From Lentisphaeria bacterium (GTDB taxonomy: Bacteria; Verrucomicrobiota; Lentisphaeria; JABSQK01; JAWLHB01): a stretch of 20,038 bases of DNA. Location: NCBI GenBank assembly GCA_041690595.1, contig JAWLHB010000001.1:310001-330038 (forward strand). The letters are read 5' to 3'. Shown here piece after piece: positions 9,480 to 17,868 of this stretch. How positions within the stretch are numbered: position 1 is the first letter of the stretch; each line of letters begins with the position of its first letter. The notes below the pieces were generated by a model. It worked only from the letters and a program-made list of their open reading frames with translations. It ran no database searches and had not been told where the DNA came from. The translations under genes and the position numbers were made by a program.

Positions 9480-10490
9480 ATGAGCCGCAAATCCAGCTCC
9501 CGCCCCACTATCCGCGATATTGCTCGCGAGGCCGGTGTTTCAGCCGCCATGGTGAGCCGCGTTCTCAACGACCGCATGGTCACTGAAAACGAAACCCACG
9601 AGCGAGTCCGCCAGCTCCTCGATCGCCGCGGTTATTCCCGCAAGAAGAAGGTCCCCGCCGGCGGCTATCTTGTCTGCATCGGCAAGACCAATCCGTCCAC
9701 TCTCAGCGCCAAGACTCTGCACTTCGAAGCCGCCCTCACCGAAGCGGCCCGGGCCGAAAACTATCAGCTCGTCATTTCCCGCGGGGCCGGTGAGGCAGAG
9801 GTCAACCAGCTCATTCGCAAGCTACACGCGGTCGGTGTCATCCGCATTTCCCGCGGCTGGCAGGGCGACGTTGCCGTTCCGCTCCTGACCGCCAGCTACG
9901 AAGTTCATCACGCTCCCGCTCCATGCGTCGAAACCGACGAAGCCGCCTATTGGCGGGAAAGCCTTGCCTGGCTGGCGGCACTCGGTCACCGTCGAGTCGC
10001 CTGCTTCACCCACTGGTCTGCCCGCGAAGACGATGTCAACCCGTTCTGCGATCTGGCCGGCCTTTACCGCTTGGCCGGTCTTGCTTTCGATGCCGCCCTC
10101 ATCTGCGATCAACCGTTTGGCTGGAATGAGCACGCTCCAGTCATCGCCAGCGCATTCGATCGCTGGTTTACCATGTCCGAGCCACCGACTGCCGTCATTC
10201 TCGTTGACGACGTCTACGCCGACACCTTCTATCGCATCGCCCGTGAACGGCAGCTGTGCATCCCCGAGGATCTCAATGTCATCGGCCGCGGCAACAGTCC
10301 CGATGGTCCGTGGCTCGATCCTCCCCTCACCACGCATGAGGATCCCATCGAAGAACTGGCCGCCGCCGCCATCGTCATGATGAAGCAGCTCCAGCAGCAT
10401 GGGGGCTCCATCCCTCACCGTCTCCTGATCCCCCCCCGCCGGCTTCCCCGGGGGTCGCACTCTTCTCGTGTTGCAACGAATTCGCGCTGA
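9480..10490 (+). CDS. LacI-family transcriptional regulator
   Basis: HTH TIRDIAREAGVSAAMVSRVLN. Effector-domain motifs LGHRRVA, PTAVIL.DD, IPEDLNVIG, PPLTT. Confidence 0.95.
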   Translation: MSRKSSSRPTIRDIAREAGVSAAMVSRVLNDRMVTENETHERVRQLLDRRGYSRKKKVPAGGYLVCIGKTNPSTLSAKTLHFEAALTEAARAENYQLVISRGAGEAEVNQLIRKLHAVGVIRISRGWQGDVAVPLLTASYEVHHAPAPCVETDEAAYWRESLAWLAALGHRRVACFTHWSAREDDVNPFCDLAGLYRLAGLAFDAALICDQPFGWNEHAPVIASAFDRWFTMSEPPTAVILVDDVYADTFYRIARERQLCIPEDLNVIGRGNSPDGPWLDPPLTTHEDPIEELAAAAIVMMKQLQQHGGSIPHRLLIPPRRLPRGSHSSRVATNSR

Positions 10491-10559
10491 CGGGAATAAT
10501 GACGATTCGGGTGTTTTCATCTTCGCGGAGCGTACGATTGAGGCTTTCGCGATCACCTG

Positions 10560-10589
10560 TTGCACTGGCGGCAAAGATCGATCTAAATT
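10560..10589 (+). promoter_or_regulatory. Putative promoter with overlapping palindromic operator upstream of gene A
   Basis: TTGCAC (10560-10565), 18-nt spacer, TAAATT (10584-10589). Perfect palindrome AGATCGATCT at 10575-10584. Confidence 0.45.
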
Positions 10590-10649
10590 GATGTTGTTAT
10601 TGTCTGGCATCTCTCGGGCGGGTACTGCACAACCACAACGGAGGGACTG

Positions 10650-13600
10650 ATGATGAAGAGATCACAAAGCGATCGAACGGCTGCGGAAAGTTGCGAGGCG
10701 AAGGAACAAGCGCGTACGGTGACATGGCCGAAGCGCATTGTTGCCGCGGTGACGATGCTGCTCTTCTCGCTCGGCGTTTCAGCGGCAGAAGGGTTCGCTG
10801 CCGCCGACGGGGTGGAGATTACGCAAGAACACCTGGGGTCCATCGAGTTCATTGCTTATCGCCAGGCCTCGCCGGACAGCTTCTTTGCCGAGGTCTTTGC
10901 GCAAGTGCCTGATGCTACTCAGGTGCGCATGAGAAAGGGCGATGGTGACTGGATCGTCTTTGACCAGGATAGCTTCTTCGTCGATGAATTCTTTGTTGAA
11001 TCCGATGCGTTCCTGACGTTGGGGCAACTAAACAGTGAACTCGCCGGCGATTGGACCCTCGACGTCACCTACGAAAGCAGCGTCAGCACCTACACCTATA
11101 CCATGCGGGAGCTTGTCCTTGCCGATTTTCCGCCAGTTCCGGTTCTGGCGGACGTGCCAGCCACGGTCTCCGAATCCCACATCTTCACCTGGACTTGGTC
11201 CGGCACTGCTGACGTTCGCTACATTGACATTGAAGGCCAGGACGACTTGTTCTGGCAAGATGGCGACGCGGGCTTTGCCGACCTTTCTCATGAACATGAT
11301 TTCGGCGTGTTTACTGGACCTGGCAGCTTTGTTATCGGCTATGGAAATGAACTGGCCGATCTGGTTTCGGACTGGACGAGCGCTTCCGGCGAAGACGTAT
11401 TCGGCGCTGATGTGGCCCAGCATTCCGCTTCTCAGGATACAGAAACCTTCACCGTGGTCAGCGCCGACACGGGCGATTTCACCGACATTGTCCTCCTTCG
11501 CATCCGCGAACCGAATGGTGGCTATTCCGTCGAAATGGAAACGCGTGCGCCGGAGAACAGAGTGGTCAAGGTCACCGTTCCGACCGATCCCACTACGACC
11601 TACACCTTCGAACTTGACGAACTGGACACGGACGGGTATGCCTGGTATGACTTCGAGCAGGGTTTGGACGGAGATCCTACCTATACGACTGCTGAAGAGC
11701 TTCTGGCGGACTTCCCGGACGGCAACTACGTTTTCGCGATCTATGATATTACGGGCACGACCCTTGAAGGCACCTATGCCGTCAGCATGACAATGACCGG
11801 CGATTTTTCCTTTCCGGCTTCATCTCCCCAACTGACCAATCCGGTGCCGATCGGCGACACGGTTACGACCGAGCCGGGGACAACGACCTACGTGTGGGAT
11901 CCCTATTCTGGTCCTGTCGGCACCGCCACTCACACCGGCTTCGCCATCTATACCGTGCCCGACGATACAGAGGCACACCGAAGCCTTCTGGCGATTGCCA
12001 CAAATCAACAGGCGGTGACGCTTGACGCGGGCACGTACGAAATGGAGCTGTCGCACTTCAACGTCGCCGTCAATCAGCAGGGTGGGGTGGATTCTCCGCG
12101 TATATTTGCCGGCAACGAGGCTCTTTCTTTTTATGGTTTGACGGTCGCGGAGCCTGGGCCCACCTTGAGCGTCGCCAGTGCGCAGGTCGCCGAAGATGGC
12201 GGTCAATTGACGGTGACCATCTCGCTCTCCCAGCCTGCCGACAATCTGGTAACGGTGAATGTCGCCACCGCTGATGGGACCGCAACCGCACCGGATGATT
12301 ATCTGTCGGTAAGCACACAGGTCACCTTCGCGCCCGGCTTCACGTCCCAGCAGATCTCGGTGACCATCGTTGATGATGGTCTGGCCGAAGGAAATGAAGT
12401 CTTCACTGTCAACCTCAGCGGCGCCTCCGGAGCCCCGATCGCCAGCGGTGCAGCGACGGTCACGATCATCGACAATGACGTGCCGACTGTCAGTGTGAGC
12501 GGCGCCAGCGCGATGGAAGGCAACCCTCTCTCCTTCACCCTCAGTCTGGATGTGCCCAGCCCGGTAGAGACCAGCGTCAACTACGCCACCGCAAACGGCA
12601 CGGCCACCGCCGGAAGCGATTACGTCGCCAGCAGCGGAACGGTCACCTTCGCACCCAACCAGATGACGGCCACGGTCGTTGTCCAATCCAATGATGACGC
12701 TCTGAGTGAGGAGGCTGAAACCTTCACCCTGACCTTGTCCAATCCGACCCTGCTCAGCCTCGGCAATGCTGTGGGAACCGGCACTATCGAAGACAACGAT
12801 CTGCCATTCCTGAGCCTTTCACTGGCAGTGCCAAGCATCAGCGAAGGCGGCGGCACCACCGTCGGCACCGTCACCCGCAACACCGATACAGGCACTGAAC
12901 TCGTCGTCGACCTGATCAGCAGCGACACGAGCGAAGCGGTGGTGCCGGCAACGGTTACCATCGCGCAGGGATCCAGCACTGGCACCTTCACGGTAATGGG
13001 AGTAGACGACGATGAGTTCGATGGCGACGTGCTGGTGACGATTACCGCCAGTTCCCTTGATCATGCCGACGGTACGGTGACCATTACCATTTTCGACGAC
13101 GAGCAGACCGAGAACCTGATCTACGCCTTCACGATCCGCGGTACGCGCTATGGTGATGGGGTGGTTAACCTGGCGGGGACCGGCTACCTGGTCGTCGACA
13201 TGCTGCATCATCGCGCCAGCGCGCTGGTCCGCTGGCAGGATAACTCCGGCGACCGGATCGACTTTCCCAGCGTGTACGTTACGGACATTGGCGCCAGCAA
13301 TCTGTGGGTCATCCATCTAAGCGACATCGAGCCGGAGCCCAGGTCGGTAAACGAGTACAGCTACGCCCACATGATCGGCACCGAGTATCCCATTCATGTT
13401 CCCCTTGGCGGCGGCGTGACCGGCCCCGCGGTGGTCAGTTTCGATGGTCCATGGCGCGGCGGCCTGCCGAACAACGATCCGACCATTGTCGAGATGGGTA
13501 ACATGAGTGCCCGCTTCGACTACGCGCGGACCAGGCAGGAGAACGGCAGCAACACCCTCTTCGAGGATCTGCTGGCAGAGCTGGCGGAAGAAGGCAACAT

Positions 13601-14198
13601 CGATCTTGGCGAACAGGATGGCGCGCCCGAGGTTACCGTGGCGCCCTTGCTGAGTGGCCAGGGCGTTGCCTGTTACAATCTGACCTGGAGCGGCGTCGAC
13701 GCCGGCGAAGATGCCGTGCAGAACTTCAGCTATCCGGGCTACCTGCTGCTCGATCTGGCTACGGGTGACGTGCAGGTTCTGCTTGCCTGGCGCCAGGACA
13801 ACCAGTGGCATTATACCGTCGAAAGTTGGAGTGAAGGCGACAGTTTTGCCTACCCGTTGACCGTCGGCAACAGCACCTACACCTTCCTCGGCGGCCGGAA
13901 AGAGCAAGTCGCGGTAGGACAAACGCATCCGGACAGTAACCTGTTCCGTTTCATGTATGGAGCCAACCGTACGGTGCGGATTGGGCTGCCTTCGAACGAG
14001 CCGCAGAGCCTGCCCATGAGCTTCAGCGGTAACATCTGGGGACATCAGAACCTTGATGTGGAAGCCAACATCTACACACAGAGCAGTATATCCTGTGGTA
14101 TCAATGCGATGACCCTCCACATGAATCAGGAGCTGATGACCATCAACCAGGCCATGACCTTCCTCGAAGGCACCCTGACCGGGTTCATAAGAGACTGA
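10650..14198 (+). CDS. Gene A: acidic secreted/surface protein with Calx-beta repeats and a shared C-terminal module
   Basis: 1182 aa, GGAGGG RBS at 10640-10645, signal peptide ending LGVSA(A). Two clear Calx-beta domains (TADGTATAPDDY...IVDDGLAEGNEVFTVNLS; TANGTATAGSDY...DDALSEEAETFTLTLSNP) and a third Calx-like unit span ~12159-13100. Tail from aa 818 is homologous to the gene B tail. Confidence 0.9.
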   Translation: MMKRSQSDRTAAESCEAKEQARTVTWPKRIVAAVTMLLFSLGVSAAEGFAAADGVEITQEHLGSIEFIAYRQASPDSFFAEVFAQVPDATQVRMRKGDGDWIVFDQDSFFVDEFFVESDAFLTLGQLNSELAGDWTLDVTYESSVSTYTYTMRELVLADFPPVPVLADVPATVSESHIFTWTWSGTADVRYIDIEGQDDLFWQDGDAGFADLSHEHDFGVFTGPGSFVIGYGNELADLVSDWTSASGEDVFGADVAQHSASQDTETFTVVSADTGDFTDIVLLRIREPNGGYSVEMETRAPENRVVKVTVPTDPTTTYTFELDELDTDGYAWYDFEQGLDGDPTYTTAEELLADFPDGNYVFAIYDITGTTLEGTYAVSMTMTGDFSFPASSPQLTNPVPIGDTVTTEPGTTTYVWDPYSGPVGTATHTGFAIYTVPDDTEAHRSLLAIATNQQAVTLDAGTYEMELSHFNVAVNQQGGVDSPRIFAGNEALSFYGLTVAEPGPTLSVASAQVAEDGGQLTVTISLSQPADNLVTVNVATADGTATAPDDYLSVSTQVTFAPGFTSQQISVTIVDDGLAEGNEVFTVNLSGASGAPIASGAATVTIIDNDVPTVSVSGASAMEGNPLSFTLSLDVPSPVETSVNYATANGTATAGSDYVASSGTVTFAPNQMTATVVVQSNDDALSEEAETFTLTLSNPTLLSLGNAVGTGTIEDNDLPFLSLSLAVPSISEGGGTTVGTVTRNTDTGTELVVDLISSDTSEAVVPATVTIAQGSSTGTFTVMGVDDDEFDGDVLVTITASSLDHADGTVTITIFDDEQTENLIYAFTIRGTRYGDGVVNLAGTGYLVVDMLHHRASALVRWQDNSGDRIDFPSVYVTDIGASNLWVIHLSDIEPEPRSVNEYSYAHMIGTEYPIHVPLGGGVTGPAVVSFDGPWRGGLPNNDPTIVEMGNMSARFDYARTRQENGSNTLFEDLLAELAEEGNIDLGEQDGAPEVTVAPLLSGQGVACYNLTWSGVDAGEDAVQNFSYPGYLLLDLATGDVQVLLAWRQDNQWHYTVESWSEGDSFAYPLTVGNSTYTFLGGRKEQVAVGQTHPDSNLFRFMYGANRTVRIGLPSNEPQSLPMSFSGNIWGHQNLDVEANIYTQSSISCGINAMTLHMNQELMTINQAMTFLEGTLTGFIRD
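13101..14198 (+). repeat. C-terminal module, copy 1 (pairs with 16213-17313)
   Basis: EQTENLIYAFTIRGTRYGDGVVNLAGTGYLVVDML vs EQAENLVYTFTIRGSRYGNGVVNLAGSGYLVVDML, colinear to the stop codon. Hand count 51/60 nt identical in one window (13141-13200 vs 16253-16312). Confidence 0.95.
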
Positions 14199-14248
14199 GT
14201 CACAGGCGCTTCATCGCATCGGCTGTCTTGAAGCGCTCCCTCCATTTG

Positions 14249-14295
14249 AAGCACAGACCCCGGTAGATCGTATCGGGGTCTGTGCTTTTTCTTTT
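14249..14295 (+). terminator. Rho-independent terminator after gene A
   Basis: AAGCACAGACCCCG (14249-14262) and CGGGGTCTGTGCTT (14274-14287) form a perfect 14-bp stem running into a T-rich tract. Confidence 0.9.
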
Positions 14296-14466
14296 ATGAG
14301 TAAAGAAGCATTCTAATCCTGGATGGTGTATAAAGGAATAAAATCATGCATCCTATTGCTATGAGGGTTCTTTCACTGATAGTGTAGAAAAGGTTGGCGA
14401 GAAGGTCGTTGTTCGGTCTGTTCTGGTTGAAGAGGGACAAACATTCAGCCATCGAAGGAGCGCGAC

Positions 14467-17313
14467 ATGAAGGCAAGTCGTCGAAGTGAGTCATCACGGT
14501 CCGGTTCCGCGGCATCGAACTCTCAATTCATCAGCACCCGTTATCTGCCACGACTAACGCTATCCATAGTCGTCGGCTTTCTGATCGCGTTGACGGGAGG
14601 TGCCCAAACCCGATCAACCTCCGAGGCTCAGTCGGCAGGCGAAGCAGTCTTCACCACCGGACCTGCCATGCCCACCGCGCGAATGGGCCATTGCGCCGCT
14701 ACGCTTCCAGATGGACGCGTTGCACTTTTTGGTGGACATGGTACGAGCTTCAGGTCTTTGCAGTCGGCCAACCTGCTCTCGGCCGACGGCACGACGTTCT
14801 CCTCGCTGAACATGCACTATGAGCACGATGATTCCGGCTTTGTCCGGCTGGTAGATGGACGGTATCTGCTGGCGGGAGGTTCCTCGGATCTTGGTGTACC
14901 GGAATACGCCACGAGTGAGATCTTCAATCCCGCGGATTCGACCTTTACCGCGGTTGGCAACATGGTGCGATTCCGTGCCGGTGCAGGAGGGGCCGCGATG
15001 AACAATGGCAAGATCCTGATTGCCAGCGCCTGGTGGAACCACAACGACGCCCATACTTACGGAGAACTCTTCGATCCCGCCACGAACACCTTTTCGGCCA
15101 CAAGCGCCTTTAGCGTCGCCAGAGCACACGCCATTGTCTTGCCTACTGCCGATGGTCAAGCGGTCATTCTGGGCGGCCAAGGACCGAACGGGCAGGTAAT
15201 CGAGGCGCCCATCGAGCTGTACGACCCGGAAACGGGTGCCATCAGTACCTTGCAGAATACTCTTTTCGACCAGGAAACCGGATGGTCGATCACAAAAACA
15301 CCGTCTGGCAGCCCCAATGTCACGCAGCTGACCCCATCTGGCGATTACCTCATGCTCGCTTGGCGACCTGTGTCTGGCGTCTACTCCTTCCGGCTCTTCA
15401 CTTTCGATCCGGTCAGCAAGACCACGGCCCCCTTCGCGACCACGCCGGCGCTCCCCGATAACACGACCCATGCATGGATGCAGCAGCCTGTGGTGGACCT
15501 GGCTCGTGGCACCGCGACCATTGTGGCGCAGCTGGCCGGCTACAGTACGTCGATGCTCGAAATCATCTCGATCGACCTGGCGAGCGGCCTTCTTGTTCGC
15601 TCATCGAACGCACACGATCTTGGCTATCACCTCTCTGGTGCCAGTATCACCCTTCTTCAGGACGGACGTCTGCTAATGGCAGGGGGCAGCACCACTGGTT
15701 CCAATTTTTATCCCGTCGCCAATACTCTGTTCATCACCCCGCCGCTCATGCTCGAGCCGGGAGATCTGCGGTTTGACATCTTTCCGGCAGCCGCCGTCGG
15801 GGCCGGTGCCCGCTGGAGCATCGATGGTGGAGGAACTTGGCATGAGAGCGGCTCCGTTATCGGCAATCTGCCCGCCGGCGACCTGACCGTCAGCTTCCTG
15901 CCGATTGCCGGCTGGATAACCCCCGAAGCGGTCTCGGTGACCATGGCCGATCGAGGCATCGCCCAGTTTGTCAGCTACAGCGCCTTCCAGAGCTTCACCC
16001 TTACCTACACCGCCGGGGCCAATGGGGCACTCGAAGGGGAGACCAACCAACAAGTCGGAATGGGTGGCTCCGGTACGCCAGTCACCGCCGTCCCCGATGC
16101 GAACTACCAGTTCGCGCAATGGAGCGACGGCTCGATCGCCAACCCCCGGACCGACACGAACGTCAGTGCCGACATCAATGTCACGGCGATCTTCGAGCCG
16201 GTGCCGATCGCCGAACAGGCGGAGAATCTGGTGTACACCTTTACCATCCGTGGTTCACGCTATGGTAACGGCGTGGTGAACCTGGCGGGTAGCGGCTACC
16301 TCGTCGTCGACATGCTTCAGGATCGTGCCGCGGCACTTGTCCGCTGGCAAGACACTTCTGGTGAACGGATCGACTTCCCCGGCGTATATGTGGCCGACAT
16401 GGGGGCCAGCAATCTCTGGGTGCTCCATATGAGTCATTTCGATGCCGGATCGGTGTCGATTGACGAGTACGTGCATGGCCACATGATCGGCACCGAGCAT
16501 CCAACCCATGTGCCGCTTGGCGGCGATATAACTGGTCCAGCGGTGGTCAGCCTTGCCGGCCCTTGGCGTGGGGGTGTTTGCTACGGCGAGCCGACGCTCG
16601 TCGAGATGGGCGACATGAGTGCGCGCCTCGACTACGCGCGAACGAAGCAGGAGAATACCAGTAACACACCTTTCGAAGCGCTGCTGGTCGAGTTGGCCGA
16701 TGAAGCTGGAATCGTCATCGTTCCCGATTCTCAGGTTGAGCCGGTGGCGACGCCGACACCGGCCACGAGTGGCGAGGGCGTTGCCTGTTACAGCCTGAGC
16801 TGGAGCGGTGTCCATGCCGGTGATAATGCGGTCGAAAACTTCAGCTATCCCGGCTACCTGCTGCTCGACCTGGCCAACCGTGACGTGCAGGTGCTGCTTG
16901 CCTGGCGCCAGGGCAACCACTGGTATTACACGATCCAGAACTGGAGTTCAGCCGAGAGCTTTGCCTACCCGCTGACGGTCGGCAGCAGCAGCTATGCCCT
17001 CCTTGGGGGGCGCGAGAATCTCCTCGATGCAACGGGCTCTCACGTGGAGCGTTACCTTTGCCGCTTCATGTACGGCGCCAACCGTACACTGCAGATCGGG
17101 CTGCCTTCGAACGAGCCGCAGACCCTGCCATTGAGCCTGAGCGGCAACGTCTGGGGGCATTACGGTCTGAACGAGGCGAGCGGCACCTATACCCAGAGCA
17201 CCATCTCCTGCGGCATCAATATCATGACCCTTTATATGAACCATGAAGGGATGACGATAGACGACGCCATGGCCTTCCTCGAAAGTACCCTGAACGGTTT
17301 CATTCGGTATTAG
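14467..17313 (+). CDS. Gene B: secreted Kelch beta-propeller + PEGA-like + InlB-B-like repeat + shared C-terminal module
   Basis: 948 aa with AAGGAG RBS. Kelch motifs MPTARMGHCAATLPDGRVALFGG, SEIFNPADSTFTAVGNM, LLQDGRLLMAGG. GARWSIDGG..W...VSFLPIAGWITP domain. TLTYTAGANG...VTAVPD..Y.F..WSDG...NPRTDTNV repeat. Confidence 0.9.
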   Translation: MKASRRSESSRSGSAASNSQFISTRYLPRLTLSIVVGFLIALTGGAQTRSTSEAQSAGEAVFTTGPAMPTARMGHCAATLPDGRVALFGGHGTSFRSLQSANLLSADGTTFSSLNMHYEHDDSGFVRLVDGRYLLAGGSSDLGVPEYATSEIFNPADSTFTAVGNMVRFRAGAGGAAMNNGKILIASAWWNHNDAHTYGELFDPATNTFSATSAFSVARAHAIVLPTADGQAVILGGQGPNGQVIEAPIELYDPETGAISTLQNTLFDQETGWSITKTPSGSPNVTQLTPSGDYLMLAWRPVSGVYSFRLFTFDPVSKTTAPFATTPALPDNTTHAWMQQPVVDLARGTATIVAQLAGYSTSMLEIISIDLASGLLVRSSNAHDLGYHLSGASITLLQDGRLLMAGGSTTGSNFYPVANTLFITPPLMLEPGDLRFDIFPAAAVGAGARWSIDGGGTWHESGSVIGNLPAGDLTVSFLPIAGWITPEAVSVTMADRGIAQFVSYSAFQSFTLTYTAGANGALEGETNQQVGMGGSGTPVTAVPDANYQFAQWSDGSIANPRTDTNVSADINVTAIFEPVPIAEQAENLVYTFTIRGSRYGNGVVNLAGSGYLVVDMLQDRAAALVRWQDTSGERIDFPGVYVADMGASNLWVLHMSHFDAGSVSIDEYVHGHMIGTEHPTHVPLGGDITGPAVVSLAGPWRGGVCYGEPTLVEMGDMSARLDYARTKQENTSNTPFEALLVELADEAGIVIVPDSQVEPVATPTPATSGEGVACYSLSWSGVHAGDNAVENFSYPGYLLLDLANRDVQVLLAWRQGNHWYYTIQNWSSAESFAYPLTVGSSSYALLGGRENLLDATGSHVERYLCRFMYGANRTLQIGLPSNEPQTLPLSLSGNVWGHYGLNEASGTYTQSTISCGINIMTLYMNHEGMTIDDAMAFLESTLNGFIRY
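14638..16200 (+). repeat. Kelch/PEGA/InlB head, copy 1 (pairs with 18034-19596)
   Basis: Colinear at the same offset (3396 nt) at both ends. Includes a 53-nt identical run (15523-15575 = 18919-18971). Confidence 0.95.
16213..17313 (+). repeat. C-terminal module, copy 2 (pairs with 13101-14198)
   Basis: Shared blocks NFSYPGYLLLDLA, FMYGANRT..IGLPSNEPQ.LP, AM.FLE.TL.GFIR. Confidence 0.95.
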
Positions 17314-17868
17314 CGGTATTCGTGGTAAGGTGAAGCCTCCCCATTCTGCCGGTGTGCGAACAAGTTGAAGCGACAGCGCTTCAGCGGGCGTCCACCGGCA
17401 GGATGGGGCGACAAGTCGATTATGACTTCCCTGCCTGCATGCTGTTCCGATGTGCAGTTGGCGGCTGCGGCGCCTGGCAATGGGCACTGATAGTCGCGGC
17501 GTTATTTCCGCTGGTTAGCGGCGGTTTCGCCGCCGCGGCGCCTGATGCTCGTCGTGAGAGGACTCATGCTTCAGCCCGTGTTTGAAACGCTTGTATCGAC
17601 ACTGTGATAGCGTTGCCGGAGAGCTTCTGCTCAGTCTAATCCGTCCACGATTCCGCCTCAGCTTCGCAGGGAGTTGGGTCAGCTTAACGCGGGTTCCAGA
17701 ATCAAACGCATTGAACAGTTAGAATCACATTAATACCTTAAATTTGCTTCCCTTGTCGTCAAGTAATTATTAATGGTTATAGTGTCAGTGAAAGTCTGTT
17801 TTTGGGTTCGGGGCTTGTGCCTGTAAGCACAAAACAGGGTAATAATTGAAGTAAAAAAGGGGGGTGTG

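Noticed and set aside
6124..10437. Homopolymer tracts (G7 at 6124 and 7731, C8 at 10430) as phase-variation switches
   Set aside because: Short, in frame and expected at this GC content. No evidence of slippage.
14467..15740. Galactose oxidase (AA5) call for the Kelch domain
   Set aside because: No AA5 C-terminal domain or recognisable Cys-Tyr/copper ligand set; only generic Kelch motifs are present.
17700..17860. Specific promoter call or IS scar in the AT-rich region before gene C
   Set aside because: TATAGT is present at 17778, but no well-spaced -35, terminal inverted repeats or target duplication could be identified.
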